From the IMG/VR virus record IMGVR_UViG_3300008120_000036: a stretch of 64,000 bases of DNA; one strand, written 5' to 3'. Each line of letters begins with the position of its first letter. The stretch's first letter is position 1. Origin of the DNA: an uncultured virus (IMG/VR IMGVR_UViG_3300008120_000036) (Duplodnaviria; Heunggongvirae; Uroviricota; Caudoviricetes). The translations under genes were made by a program, and so were the position numbers. Below are positions 46,516-56,260 of this stretch, in pieces. Below the pieces are notes generated by a model, which was not told the DNA's origin, searched no databases, and saw nothing but the letters and a program-made list of their open reading frames with translations.

Positions 46516-46719
46516 TTATAGCACCCCCATAGGGTCATAGATATTGACCGAGGTATCTTTAATGGTAGTCCTATACGCCTTAGCATGATGACCGCAAAAC
46601 AGTAATTCCCCACTAACTAGGGATACCGCAACCATTGCCCCTGCCCCACATCTATCGCACCTATCCACTGGGAGTAATTCCCGAACATAGGTCTGAGTAT
46701 CTTCCGCCGTATCCGTCAT
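46516..46719 (-). CDS. Small actinobacterial-type zinc-finger protein
   Basis: DRCDRCGA...GELLFCGHH. Confidence 0.7.
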   Translation of the reverse strand: MTDTAEDTQTYVRELLPVDRCDRCGAGAMVAVSLVSGELLFCGHHAKAYRTTIKDTSVNIYDPMGVL

Positions 46720-47022
46720 TGCTTATCCCCATTCTTATATAGCGAGTGTGATGGATGAAGTTCCGCGAGGGTGTATAAATTTTGTAACAGGCTACGGACA
46801 CCACCCTGACTCCATCTGTCAAGCGTTTTGCCTCCCCCTAGGGGGGTCTTGGCACTCAGTTTAGCGTGCAAGGAGGCAAGTGTGTCTGGGTCTGGGAGGT
46901 CTAGCATGGTCTGGTGTGTCCTAACGAGTCTGGTACTACTACTGTACAGAGATAAAACTAGAAGTGCCAGTAGAGGGAATTTCTTCCGCAACTACTGGCA
47001 CTCGTTGTAGTGCTAGTGAGGC

Positions 47023-47298
47023 TTAGTACTGTACTTGAAGTGCAGCAATCGCTGCTGATTCTCCTGCGCCACAAATACCATAGAGAACCTCATTGTTCTT
47101 TAGTTCAATGTTCTCTAGTTGTGCGCCTGATGCTAGAGCGAAACCTGTTGTCGCTGTAACATCTGATGCACCAATGTAGCAAGCATTTGCTCCGTTGTTC
47201 TTCAAGGTCACAAAACCCTTGCTGGTGATATCTGTATCTGCTGAGGTAATTGCTACCGCAGTTGTGGATACTGTTGTCTTCTTTACTTTAACTGCCAT
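47023..47298 (-). CDS. Small beta-rich, probably structural protein
   Basis: LKNNG..CYIGASDVTATTGF.L pattern. Confidence 0.55.
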   Translation of the reverse strand: MAVKVKKTTVSTTAVAITSADTDITSKGFVTLKNNGANACYIGASDVTATTGFALASGAQLENIELKNNEVLYGICGAGESAAIAALQVQY

Positions 47299-47662
47299 TC
47301 TTTTTCTCCTCTGAGGATTTGTTCGGTTTACTAGTAACCTCGTTAGTTTTATCTAACTTCGGCAACTTATTATCTCGTATGTTCAATGATTCTAACCCTG
47401 CCTCCACGCTGCCAATAAACTTTTCTTGGGATATGTGCCAGTTATGAGAATCAACTAAATCATGTTTTAGATATTGCATATGTTGCATCATGGCTTTCAT
47501 CATTTGTTGAGTCATATTCACCATGTAGTAAGCCTGATTGAATGGGGATGAACCTGGCTCTAAGTCTTCAACAATGTCTTCATCTACCAAGATGCCATCT
47601 GGATTATCAGTGTCTAACTCATCCTCATCATCATAGTCTTCGTCATCCCAGTCATCACTCAT
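47288..47662 (-). CDS. Acidic hypothetical protein
   Basis: AAGGAGG RBS supports a start at MSDDWDD rather than 47803. Confidence 0.55.
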   Translation of the reverse strand: MSDDWDDEDYDDEDELDTDNPDGILVDEDIVEDLEPGSSPFNQAYYMVNMTQQMMKAMMQHMQYLKHDLVDSHNWHISQEKFIGSVEAGLESLNIRDNKLPKLDKTNEVTSKPNKSSEEKKNGS

Positions 47663-48464
47663 TTGACTCATCCTCCTTAGTTGTATCCAGTATTTCCGCT
47701 TCCACAATCTCTGGGGTCTGGTTAGATATCTGGATGTACTCAGTATCCAGCAACCCTGCTCTCTGGGCTGCGTGTAGAAATGCAGCGAGTCTTTCTGGGT
47801 CATCTCTACCCAGTTCAGCAGTGATGGAGGTTACTTGTACATCTATGTCTATATTCTCAACTTGTCCTGATATTTCATGTTTGATTACATCAGTACCTAG
47901 AGCCTTTTGTCCTACTTGTTGCCATGCCTGTGCTGCTCTAGCAAGCATATCTAGTTCCTTAGAATCTATAGCCGAGAGTAAATCTTGGGGGTCAATTTGA
48001 AACCCTGCTGCTTGTAGTTTGATTGCTTCATCTCTCCGTCTATTCTGTTCTTGAATATCCCTAGCAATCTCTCCCATTCGGGCAGTAATAATACCTACAC
48101 CCATTTTGGCTAACTTGATATTGGATGAGTCAAAATCTAATGATTCCTTGGAGAGTTCTGTTATTCGCTTGGCTTGCCTCTGCTTTGCTAGTTGTAATTG
48201 ATACGCCTGTCTATTCTGATACCACGATTCAATTGCTGCTCTCTCCCTAACTCTTTCATAGGGAACATTGGAGCGTACTGCTAGTTCTTTTAAGTTTACG
48301 AACTCTCTATCATCATTGTCTTTGATTATTCCTTCAATGAACTGTACTCGTAGCGCATCCCAATCGTACTTGTATCCTCGCGTAGCCTTTCGTACTTTTG
48401 TGTGCTTTTTGCGCTTAGTAATAGCACCAGTGTCAGTATCAATAATCTCTGTATCTGTGCTCAT
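47655..48464 (-). CDS. Probable terminase small subunit
   Basis: N-terminal HTH (YDWDALRVQFIEG...LKELA...VRERAAIESW), helical middle, KHEISG motif; upstream of the TerL operon. Confidence 0.55.
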   Translation of the reverse strand: MSTDTEIIDTDTGAITKRKKHTKVRKATRGYKYDWDALRVQFIEGIIKDNDDREFVNLKELAVRSNVPYERVRERAAIESWYQNRQAYQLQLAKQRQAKRITELSKESLDFDSSNIKLAKMGVGIITARMGEIARDIQEQNRRRDEAIKLQAAGFQIDPQDLLSAIDSKELDMLARAAQAWQQVGQKALGTDVIKHEISGQVENIDIDVQVTSITAELGRDDPERLAAFLHAAQRAGLLDTEYIQISNQTPEIVEAEILDTTKEDESNE

Positions 48465-48541
48465 TTTACCTATTCTTTAATCTTTCATTGAAGTGTGTAC
48501 AGTAGGGCATTTATGTATGATTTTACACCTATAGTGTACGG

Positions 48542-49330
48542 TCATTGAATGCCTCTCCTACGCTTCTCATCTAATACCATCTGATAGGTCATTAGGTATC
48601 CATGTGAGTCTGTAATGTTATCTCTCTTCTTGCGGTTGATTTCCCTAGCCACCTTTACCTGTAGCATCATGAGGGCTACATCTTCGGGGGTTATTACCTG
48701 ATTAGGCTTTAGTTTGTAATAGAGAGTTCCTGACCACATATGGGCATTAGCGGTGAAGTTATCTATAGGGTGTCCATAAGATTGTTGCCTATCACCGAGT
48801 ACAAGTCTTTCTGCTTCCCTATGGGGAAGTTCTGTATCTTCTTCCCCGCCGTTGAAGTCTTCAGAATTTAACCAGAACTCTTCCCATTCATGTTGAATAT
48901 TGATAACAGGGTCGTATTGAGGTGCTGTGGCTGGCGCGGCTTCGCCGATTTTGTTCTCGCGTGGGGCGTGCGCGGTCTTCAATAACTTGACACCCTCATC
49001 CCAGTTGAAGATAGGAATTTCTAGTTCTTGGGCGATTGTATGTTCTAGGCACGCTCCTTTAGATTTCTCCCATCCATCTATCATTACTACGGCTTCGGCG
49101 AATAGGAGTTGTTTTATATCTTCACGCATATAAACGCTTCTAGGTAGGTCTATTCTGCCTTCAAAGTTCTCCGCAGGATTGAATACGATTGCCCCATATT
49201 TTTCACGAATCAGTTTTGATACCTCATTGAATTTAGGGTAGTTGTATTCTGGAACGCCAGTCATCTGCCCTGATAGATATAGTTTTGCTCCAATAAGTTC
49301 TGCTGAATACGGCTTGATAATGTTATCCAT
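48542..49330 (-). CDS. DUF4406 (deoxyribosyltransferase-like) + DUF6378-like fusion
   Basis: YLSGQMTG...NPAE...GWEKSKGACLE; GDRQQSYGHP...DVALMM..KVAR...DNITD..GY. Confidence 0.7.
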   Translation of the reverse strand: MDNIIKPYSAELIGAKLYLSGQMTGVPEYNYPKFNEVSKLIREKYGAIVFNPAENFEGRIDLPRSVYMREDIKQLLFAEAVVMIDGWEKSKGACLEHTIAQELEIPIFNWDEGVKLLKTAHAPRENKIGEAAPATAPQYDPVINIQHEWEEFWLNSEDFNGGEEDTELPHREAERLVLGDRQQSYGHPIDNFTANAHMWSGTLYYKLKPNQVITPEDVALMMLQVKVAREINRKKRDNITDSHGYLMTYQMVLDEKRRRGIQ

Positions 49331-49340
49331 GTTTATCTCC

Positions 49341-50531
49341 TTACAAGATATTTAAGTTATGCCATGCACCATCTAAAACAGTAAAGTTAAGCATTCCAGA
49401 AGGAGAATCATCACCATGCTTATTACGAAACCAGTTTGAACCACCATCCATTGCAGGTACAACCATAAAGGTCTTTCCTCCGCCAGTATGTTGAATTTCA
49501 AAGTGATGCCTATGTGCTGATAGCAATAATGTTGATTGACCACTTGGGAGCATTCCATGTGCTTGTTCTGCCCACCACTTACGGATATCTCTTCCAAATT
49601 GATGACCATGTGCAAATGTTGTTATGACTCCACCCATATCACAAGTAATCGTTAGTTCATCAGGGCGAGGAAAGATAAACTGTACATGACCAAATGCTGT
49701 TGGGTTATGCTTTAGTCCATCTTGAACCGCACTAGCACCTTCAATAGCCCATGAGTCATCATATGTTGTTGACATAATATCGCCAGTGCGTACAGCCTCA
49801 TCATGATTACCTGGAACTACAGGTACAACTATTTTCTGCGCTAGTGGCGCGAATTGCATAATCTGCCATTCAACTAGTCTGCGATATACACGAACCATCT
49901 GCGTAAGAGTTAATTCATTACGCCATACCAATCTTGAACCTTGTGAGTTAAATCCTTCAATGCAATCACCAAGCCAAGGAAGATAAACTTCTCCAAAACT
50001 CATTCCTTCTTTTTCATATTTCTTAAATAGTTCTACGGCTTTTAATGTTTTAGTGCGAATTGCCTCAACTGTACCTTCTGTACCATATCCATCAGGTTTT
50101 CCTATTTGAGTATCACCAATTGCAACTACGAACACATCAGTACCAGATGAACGCTCTTTCTTCGGCGGTTTTATTTTACTTATACGCTTTAGCATTTCAT
50201 CAATATCTTTGTCATCTTTAACAATACCTTTAGGAGCAAATGTTGCACGAAATGCTTCTAACCATTCACCATTAAATGCTTGCCACTTAGAACGGCGTAA
50301 ACTCGTTATTGTCCATCTAGAAGAATCTAGATTAAATTCCGAGAATAACTCTTCTTCACTTGGGTCTGTATCTGTTGCTTTACGCGGTACGGATGTTAGG
50401 AATCCACCTGTACGCTCATCATAATCAACTGTTGCTTCCCAACCCTTTGGTGGTCTTGCTTGCTCCCTTTTTGTTTCTGGAGAATACTCACCAGACTTTG
50501 AAAGATTTTCTAAATCGTCATTGAACGACAT
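49341..50531 (-). CDS. Metallophosphoesterase (calcineurin-like)
   Basis: GDTQIG, LGDCIEG, PGNHD, AHGH, SAHRH; start re-called to MSFNDD. Confidence 0.85.
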   Translation of the reverse strand: MSFNDDLENLSKSGEYSPETKREQARPPKGWEATVDYDERTGGFLTSVPRKATDTDPSEEELFSEFNLDSSRWTITSLRRSKWQAFNGEWLEAFRATFAPKGIVKDDKDIDEMLKRISKIKPPKKERSSGTDVFVVAIGDTQIGKPDGYGTEGTVEAIRTKTLKAVELFKKYEKEGMSFGEVYLPWLGDCIEGFNSQGSRLVWRNELTLTQMVRVYRRLVEWQIMQFAPLAQKIVVPVVPGNHDEAVRTGDIMSTTYDDSWAIEGASAVQDGLKHNPTAFGHVQFIFPRPDELTITCDMGGVITTFAHGHQFGRDIRKWWAEQAHGMLPSGQSTLLLSAHRHHFEIQHTGGGKTFMVVPAMDGGSNWFRNKHGDDSPSGMLNFTVLDGAWHNLNIL

Positions 50532-50802
50532 ACGGACACCTACACCCTGTTCCTCTTGCGCGTTTACGGTGATAACGAATTTGTGAAACGCTAACGGTAT
50601 ATCCATTCTTAAATAAGAATTGACTCAATATTGCTGTTTGGATATCTGGATTATCAATTAGTTCATTCAACTTATCCGCTTCTTTTTTGCCATGAGCAGA
50701 TTCAACTTTTGTCAATACTCTTTCAATAATGCAACGCGGACCTTGCACTTTGTAGCGACCAGACTCATCTTTAAGTTCATCTATATTTATGTTTAGACCC
50801 AA
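50518..50802 (-). CDS. Hypothetical protein
   Basis: C...HR...CRC; coupled to the phosphoesterase gene. Confidence 0.6.
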   Translation of the reverse strand: MGLNINIDELKDESGRYKVQGPRCIIERVLTKVESAHGKKEADKLNELIDNPDIQTAILSQFLFKNGYTVSVSQIRYHRKRARGTGCRCPYVVQ

Positions 50803-50849
50803 GGACTTATATCCCTTTCATCTAGTAGGTACTCCCTCAGCCTACCATA

Positions 50850-51113
50850 CTACTTGCCCAACTTCTTGCTTTTTCTTCTCTGTTCTCTAATCTTTACCCT
50901 CTCCTGTGGGGTAGTGCCTCCCCATACGCCATATTGCTCAGAAATGCCAAATTCAAGGCATTCTGCAATGACTGGACAGTTATTACATATCCTCTTGGCT
51001 TGTCGGTAGAAATCCCTAGATACTGGCTTATCGTCAGGTGGGAAGAAAACCTCCACCCCGATTTCTTGGCATAACGCATCACGCTGCCATGCAGGTGGAG
51101 AGAATTTAATCAT
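50850..51113 (-). CDS. whiB: WhiB-family transcription factor
   Basis: WQ..ALC...FFP...CNNCPV..EC...GVWGG. Confidence 0.95.
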   Translation of the reverse strand: MIKFSPPAWQRDALCQEIGVEVFFPPDDKPVSRDFYRQAKRICNNCPVIAECLEFGISEQYGVWGGTTPQERVKIREQRRKSKKLGK

Positions 51114-51350
51114 TCTTAAAGTATAAGGCTTAGGTACTTTTATTCAAAATTCGGTGCTGGTCAAACTCTTTTCTTTGACACCATCTGCAATAAGTTTGAG
51201 TTTCATATTTCCATGCATTGCAATCGCAACGGATAAGTTTTATATTTCTTTGACTGTCATTAATTCTTGTATTCATTATTTTACCTATCCTCAAAATGGA
51301 AGATAAGTGTATTTTATCAACCGCCATTATTGTTTATGAAAAAATGCTTT

Positions 51351-51656
51351 CTACTCTTCGCTGGTGTCTTCTTCATCTAGGTAATCACTAAATTGATTCA
51401 TACCTACAAACATCTCCACATTAGTTTTAATTATTGTGTCTGCTGCTGTAATTATTGCTAAGTTATCAAACCAAGTGGCGGTATCACTAGTTCCGAGATG
51501 AAGACCTATTTCACCATCAGGGTGAAGAGTACGCACGATTAGCATAGCCTGTACTGGCACACCATCTTGCGTATCCACATAGAGAGATAACTTATCCACA
51601 ATCTCTTGCGCTTTATTAAGTTTAGGGTCGCGCTGTTGCTTATCCATGTTAGCCAT
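51351..51656 (-). CDS. Hypothetical protein
   Basis: 101-aa ORF on the operon strand. Confidence 0.55.
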   Translation of the reverse strand: MANMDKQQRDPKLNKAQEIVDKLSLYVDTQDGVPVQAMLIVRTLHPDGEIGLHLGTSDTATWFDNLAIITAADTIIKTNVEMFVGMNQFSDYLDEEDTSEE

Positions 51657-51819
51657 TTGACTTTATGTGCTCTTCAAACTTAGTAGCGGTATCAAGTACC
51701 GTATTAGTTCTAGCAGGGATTGAACCCTCTGCAAAACACGATAAGCCATGATGAATAACTGCGAGCGCAAGTGATAAACCTTTTACAGTTCCCAATGCAC
51801 CTAGTTCATTCTTTTCCAT
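51649..51819 (-). CDS. Hypothetical 56-aa protein
   Basis: Manually translated MEKNELGALG...HIKSNG; fills the gap after the JAB gene. Confidence 0.45.
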   Translation of the reverse strand: MEKNELGALGTVKGLSLALAVIHHGLSCFAEGSIPARTNTVLDTATKFEEHIKSNG

Positions 51820-51821
51820 GT

Positions 51822-52196
51822 TTATTTCCTTATCTCACTTTCTAATACACCTGTTTTATTGTACCAATGAATAGTTTTACTACTCGGATGATAAACGATT
51901 CCTATTAAATCATCAGGAATTGAAGTTACATCTGAGTATGAGGGGTTTTTATGTTGTTTTTTAGGATGGGTGTGAACAATGCCTATAACCTCACCATCTA
52001 CATTACTAGTGGCTTCTTTTACATCACCTGTCTGAATTACAAAATGCTTATCAGGCTCTGCATGACGATTCGGCACTTCAATAACAGAATAGCCATCTGA
52101 AGATTTCACTATGACACCACAACGCTCTTCGGTATTTAATCCATCATCAAAGATAGATAAATCGGGAAGAGGGTACTTACGCAGAGTATCCACCAA
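51822..52196 (-). CDS. JAB/MPN+ (Mov34) metalloprotease
   Basis: EERCG...VPN...HTHP(x7)SYSD JAMM-like motif. Confidence 0.8.
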   Translation of the reverse strand: MVDTLRKYPLPDLSIFDDGLNTEERCGVIVKSSDGYSVIEVPNRHAEPDKHFVIQTGDVKEATSNVDGEVIGIVHTHPKKQHKNPSYSDVTSIPDDLIGIVYHPSSKTIHWYNKTGVLESEIRK

Positions 52197-52989
52197 AATT
52201 CCTTACTGGCTTTTTATTAATAGTTAGGATAGGCAACATAGGTTTTCCATGATTTTGTAAAGTTCCAAGCATAGGAGCAACTTTATTAGTCATTCTTTCA
52301 ACGATTAATCGGCATAGTTCTAAATATGCACCTTCACCCATTAATTTAATTAATTCCATCTTCATCTCTTGATAAACCATGTTATGACCGACATAAGCAT
52401 CAGGAGTATCTACGCACCACCAACACATCCATGAATTGTGAGTTCCATCTTCATTCATGCCACCCCAATCATCTGCATCCCATGCATCAATCACATTTAC
52501 TTTGTCTTGGTCTTCATAAACTCTTAAAGGTACTTGCCAGCAAATAGTGGGCTTTGTTTCAGTGTAATGAACACCTTTGCGCTCCGCTAATATATGAAAG
52601 GCGCATCCTACTTTTCCATTGCTTCCACCAGCGCGATTATTGAATACACAACTCTTCTCATATACGCGTGTTTTACGCTCGTTTTTATTAACAAACCAGC
52701 CTTTAGATTCCACAATGGCTCTAAGTTCAGGTTGCCATTCATCATCTGTTAATTCTTTAATGCGTGCATCTAATGCTTCAAATTCTTCAGGTTCAATATA
52801 AGCACCATCTGAGCAACATCCAACATCAGGGTAAGTATTTTTATCTTGTATCCCGAAATGACCTGCACATCCATCTCCAAAAATACATTTCCAGTTAGAC
52901 ATTAAAAATGAAAGATTTACTCGCCAATTTTTATTTTCGTGTTGAAATTCTAAATAGTCTGTAGGTGCATCATGTGCTGTACCGCGCAT
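52177..52989 (-). CDS. DUF3109-like Cys-rich (putative Fe-S) protein
   Basis: WKCIFGDGC.G, GCCSDGA, CVFNNR, GCAFH, KPTICWQVPLR, WWC. Confidence 0.75.
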   Translation of the reverse strand: MRGTAHDAPTDYLEFQHENKNWRVNLSFLMSNWKCIFGDGCAGHFGIQDKNTYPDVGCCSDGAYIEPEEFEALDARIKELTDDEWQPELRAIVESKGWFVNKNERKTRVYEKSCVFNNRAGGSNGKVGCAFHILAERKGVHYTETKPTICWQVPLRVYEDQDKVNVIDAWDADDWGGMNEDGTHNSWMCWWCVDTPDAYVGHNMVYQEMKMELIKLMGEGAYLELCRLIVERMTNKVAPMLGTLQNHGKPMLPILTINKKPVRNFGGYSA

Positions 52990-53036
52990 TTATTATCTCC
53001 TTGTTGTTGATGATGATTAATAGTATCAAAATAGAA

Positions 53037-53066
53037 ATCCCCTGCCAATTTTTAGTTAGCAGGGGA
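53037..53066 (-). terminator. Hairpin downstream of the basic-peptide gene
   Basis: TCCCCTGCTAA...TTGGCAGGGGA followed by TTTCTATTTT. Confidence 0.6.
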
Positions 53067-53084
53067 GTTTCTTGTGGTTAAAGA

Positions 53085-53300
53085 TTATCTACGCTTCTTA
53101 CGGCGAACTGCGACTTTCTTCTTCTTGCCTCGGGCTGCTGCTGTACGAGCACGACCACGAGCAGGAACAGCACGACCACGCGCACCGCGCTTGGCTTTCT
53201 TTCCTCCTCGGCGTGAAGGTGTAGCACCTGCACCACGACCTGAACCACTTGCGAAAACCTCGCTCACAGGGAGAGCGATATTTACGGTATCTGCCATCAT
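53085..53300 (-). CDS. 71-aa Arg/Lys/Gly-rich protamine/histone-tail-like peptide
   Basis: AAGGAG RBS before MMADTV; ...FASGSGRGAG...RRGGKKAKRGARGR...KKKKVAVRRKKRR. Confidence 0.7.
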   Translation of the reverse strand: MMADTVNIALPVSEVFASGSGRGAGATPSRRGGKKAKRGARGRAVPARGRARTAAARGKKKKVAVRRKKRR

Positions 53301-53457
53301 AACTTCCAACTCCTTTTTGAATCGGATGTGGGCATTTATTGGCACTTTACCAACAAACCTCTCCCCACATCTCATGGGTTGCAACACCAGAGATATCTGG
53401 CTTGCTCTAATGATGCCATACATCTGCATTAATAGGCAATGCAAACGCATATCATTA

Positions 53458-54939
53458 TTAGAATTCTTCGTCTGTGTCCTGATTCTGCGACTTTAACTCA
53501 TCCAATGGGATGCCTAGGCGGTTGGCTTCTGCCTGTTGAACTCGCTCTTTCAGTTTCTTCTTTTGGTGTGCGGTTAGTTTTGCACCACCATCCTTCTTGT
53601 CAAACACTGCACCTCTACGAACGGCAGCATAGTTCTCAACATGAACACCCTCTGCGCCATGTAAGTCCAGACTTTCCATTACACGCTTTGCAGGGTTGCC
53701 ACCATAGATGAGTACTTGCTTTGTAGGTTCAACTATGTCTAATGCCTTTTGAATAATACGAGCAACATTCTTTTCATCTTCCTTTTTGTTTTTATCTTCA
53801 GTTCCAAAATTCTGTACTGAGATTGCAACAATAGGTGCATTCTTTGGTATTCCCAATAAACAAAATTCAAGAGAGTTCTCATCATCAAATTGAATTCTTG
53901 GAATTACTTTCATGCCTGCTTCTTGAAAGAATCTACCTAACCATTGTGATTGATATACACCTTGCAAATGAATTACTCTTGGTGTTGTATAGTAAAAAGA
54001 AAAATCAGGGCAGATTGCATATCTTGTTCCAGCCGAGATTACTTTTGCTGTGTAATAAGCAGGTAGTTCCCACCAGTTAGAAAATTTACTATCGTGAGTA
54101 AAGAATGAAAGAATTGAACGGTCAAATGGTAATCCTTTAACGCCACCTAATCCGTAATTGTAAAGATACCAAGATTTACCATCATCAGGAGTTGCATCAT
54201 GTCCACCCCATGTAGTTAGTGGCTTCGGCAATTCTTCTAACAACATATCTTCTCTGAGAGATGGTATTCCCCAAAAATTATCAAATGGATAAATTGTTTC
54301 CTCGCGCAATTCTAGTAAGGCTTGCAATTCAGTCTGCACATCTTCTAGGTCTTCCAGTTCTTTATCAGAATCTAGATTGACTCTTGTAGCACCACGATTA
54401 CGCTGTGCTTCACGCTCTTCATCAGTTTCTTCATCTAACATCTGTTGGCGTGGGTCTTTCTTAGGAGCAAAATCTAATTCGCTAGGCATTAAATCTGTTA
54501 AATCATCTAATGACTTTTTTGCATCTGCTACATCACTCTGAATATTCTTAATCAAATCATCAAATTCAGTCACGCTATAACCAGTACCAGTGACTTCAGG
54601 TAGGCTTGCTAGGAGTTCTGCAAGGATACTATCGTCATAAGTTCCCATATCTGAGGTCTTATTATCTGCTAGGACTATTCTCTTTGCTGTATCGTCATCT
54701 ACATCTATGAATGATGCATAGATAGTATCCCAACCTAGAGAACGCGCTGCAAGATAAGTGTGATTACCTGCGAGTACTTGCATAGTTCTTTTATTAACTA
54801 CGATTGGCTTGAATTGCCCATTCTTTGCTAATGATTCCGCAATTACATCAACATTACCGATACGAGGATTTTTGTCGTAGGTTCGGATTGAGGTTATCTT
54901 AATTTCTTCCGTTGACTTAACAATTACACCGTTAGTCAT
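53458..54939 (-). CDS. ParB/Srx-like N-domain + DUF4417-like domain
   Basis: KNPRIG..IAESL...GQFKPIVV...LAGNHT...LADNKT; FFTHD.KF, CPDFS, G.FFQEAG.KVIP, LIYGG. Confidence 0.75.
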   Translation of the reverse strand: MTNGVIVKSTEEIKITSIRTYDKNPRIGNVDVIAESLAKNGQFKPIVVNKRTMQVLAGNHTYLAARSLGWDTIYASFIDVDDDTAKRIVLADNKTSDMGTYDDSILAELLASLPEVTGTGYSVTEFDDLIKNIQSDVADAKKSLDDLTDLMPSELDFAPKKDPRQQMLDEETDEEREAQRNRGATRVNLDSDKELEDLEDVQTELQALLELREETIYPFDNFWGIPSLREDMLLEELPKPLTTWGGHDATPDDGKSWYLYNYGLGGVKGLPFDRSILSFFTHDSKFSNWWELPAYYTAKVISAGTRYAICPDFSFYYTTPRVIHLQGVYQSQWLGRFFQEAGMKVIPRIQFDDENSLEFCLLGIPKNAPIVAISVQNFGTEDKNKKEDEKNVARIIQKALDIVEPTKQVLIYGGNPAKRVMESLDLHGAEGVHVENYAAVRRGAVFDKKDGGAKLTAHQKKKLKERVQQAEANRLGIPLDELKSQNQDTDEEF

Positions 54940-54941
54940 TT

Positions 54942-55514
54942 TTACTCCAGTTCGGTTGTTGTTGTTTTTCTTTTGACCATCATACCGTCTAAGGTTTTAT
55001 TTTGTAAAATCTTTTCCCTCAATTGTACTACTTGCTTACCATATGTATAAATCATGGCTGAATCGCATAAGTCTTGGTCATTACACACCTGCTTGTACAT
55101 ACCCTCCCATGCCACGCTTAACCATTCTTTAATAGCATCTTTATTGGCATTACCCTTACCTATAACCTCTTTTTTAACTTTCACATTATTTACTGGAATA
55201 ACATTTACCCCTGTAGAGAATGCACCTGCTAATAATGCTCCATTTACCTGCGCCTGTGGAATTGTGCTACCTGCGCCACCCCTACCTAATACTGGCAACT
55301 CAATAAATACGAAAATGTCTTTGATATCTGTATCTTCTTTTGTAGATTCAATCAACCCTTTTATCCATTCATAGGCTATAGAACAACCCTCTGGCTTTTC
55401 TTGCGGTAAGTTTTTAGTAATAAACTTAGTTTTATTTTCTTGACCTAATAAGCCATAGACCACTGCTAACTTTCGTGAGGATGGGTCTATTCCGTATATA
55501 AGGGTCATGGTCAA
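54942..55514 (-). CDS. ruvC: RuvC-like Holliday junction resolvase
   Basis: IYGIDPS, VFIE, VKKEVIGKGNANK, DLCDS. Confidence 0.8.
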   Translation of the reverse strand: MTMTLIYGIDPSSRKLAVVYGLLGQENKTKFITKNLPQEKPEGCSIAYEWIKGLIESTKEDTDIKDIFVFIELPVLGRGGAGSTIPQAQVNGALLAGAFSTGVNVIPVNNVKVKKEVIGKGNANKDAIKEWLSVAWEGMYKQVCNDQDLCDSAMIYTYGKQVVQLREKILQNKTLDGMMVKRKTTTTELE

Positions 55515-56020
55515 CTATCTATAGGTATTGGAGTGTATTTAATAGGTATCTGTACAAATCCTATCGCATCTTGTACAACTGGCACTTCATATGGGAGATA
55601 ATTTTGATATGCCGTACCTGCTGGCAAGGCTATCAATCTATCGCTTTGTCTTATGTAATAACGGTTATGGCTCTTATCCCGATAAAGTAAAACTTCTCCG
55701 CTTGGTAAGTTTGCTGGATTAGGTTCTTTTGAATTTTCCCTGCGCCTTGCTACTACCTTGCATTCTTCATCTGTACACTTCCATTTAGACTCTGATTTAT
55801 CAAACGACATTTCAGATTTATGTTTAGGGCAGGAGGGCTTTTGCGGAGTCCAATCAATTACTTCTATAGTCTTAATGCGAGAAGAGGTTTCTTCTTCCGC
55901 TTTGGATATGTTATTGGTCGTCAAATTGGAAGACTGGCTCTTCTTACTTACAATTTCTGCCACAATTTCATCAAGTCTTTCATCAAGAATTGACTGTTGC
56001 GCCTTTGTCCTCCGTGACAT
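55511..56020 (-). CDS. Hypothetical protein with zinc ribbon
   Basis: CPKH...WKCTDEEC. Confidence 0.55.
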   Translation of the reverse strand: MSRRTKAQQSILDERLDEIVAEIVSKKSQSSNLTTNNISKAEEETSSRIKTIEVIDWTPQKPSCPKHKSEMSFDKSESKWKCTDEECKVVARRRENSKEPNPANLPSGEVLLYRDKSHNRYYIRQSDRLIALPAGTAYQNYLPYEVPVVQDAIGFVQIPIKYTPIPIDS

Positions 56021-56026
56021 TATTTT

Positions 56027-56239
56027 TTACAACGCCCATTTCCATAACCAAACGAGTACAGGAATTGTTGTTAAGAAAATAGAAAGTCCAATAATTCTAA
56101 GCAATCCTGATTTTGCTCTGTACAAATCAGACTGGGCTAAACTAGCATTGACAAGAGATTGATAACCGTCTTGTCCTAGTGTTGCTTCAACATGACCGTA
56201 TGCTTTAGCGATTTCTTCAAACCTATCGTCTTTATCCAT
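56027..56239 (-). CDS. Small membrane protein
   Basis: C-terminal TM helix. Confidence 0.55.
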   Translation of the reverse strand: MDKDDRFEEIAKAYGHVEATLGQDGYQSLVNASLAQSDLYRAKSGLLRIIGLSIFLTTIPVLVWLWKWAL

Positions 56240-56260
56240 TTTAATATCTCTCCCTAGTTA

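Noticed and set aside
46716..46991. 91-aa ORF in the putative packaging region
   Set aside because: Weak start, atypical composition and no recognisable motif; left unannotated
51592..51600. Second DnaA box TTATCCACA
   Set aside because: Inside a CDS with no origin-like context; likely chance
51700..51735. tRNA T-arm-like GGGTTCAATCCC on the minus strand
   Set aside because: No acceptor, D or anticodon arms; lies inside a small ORF
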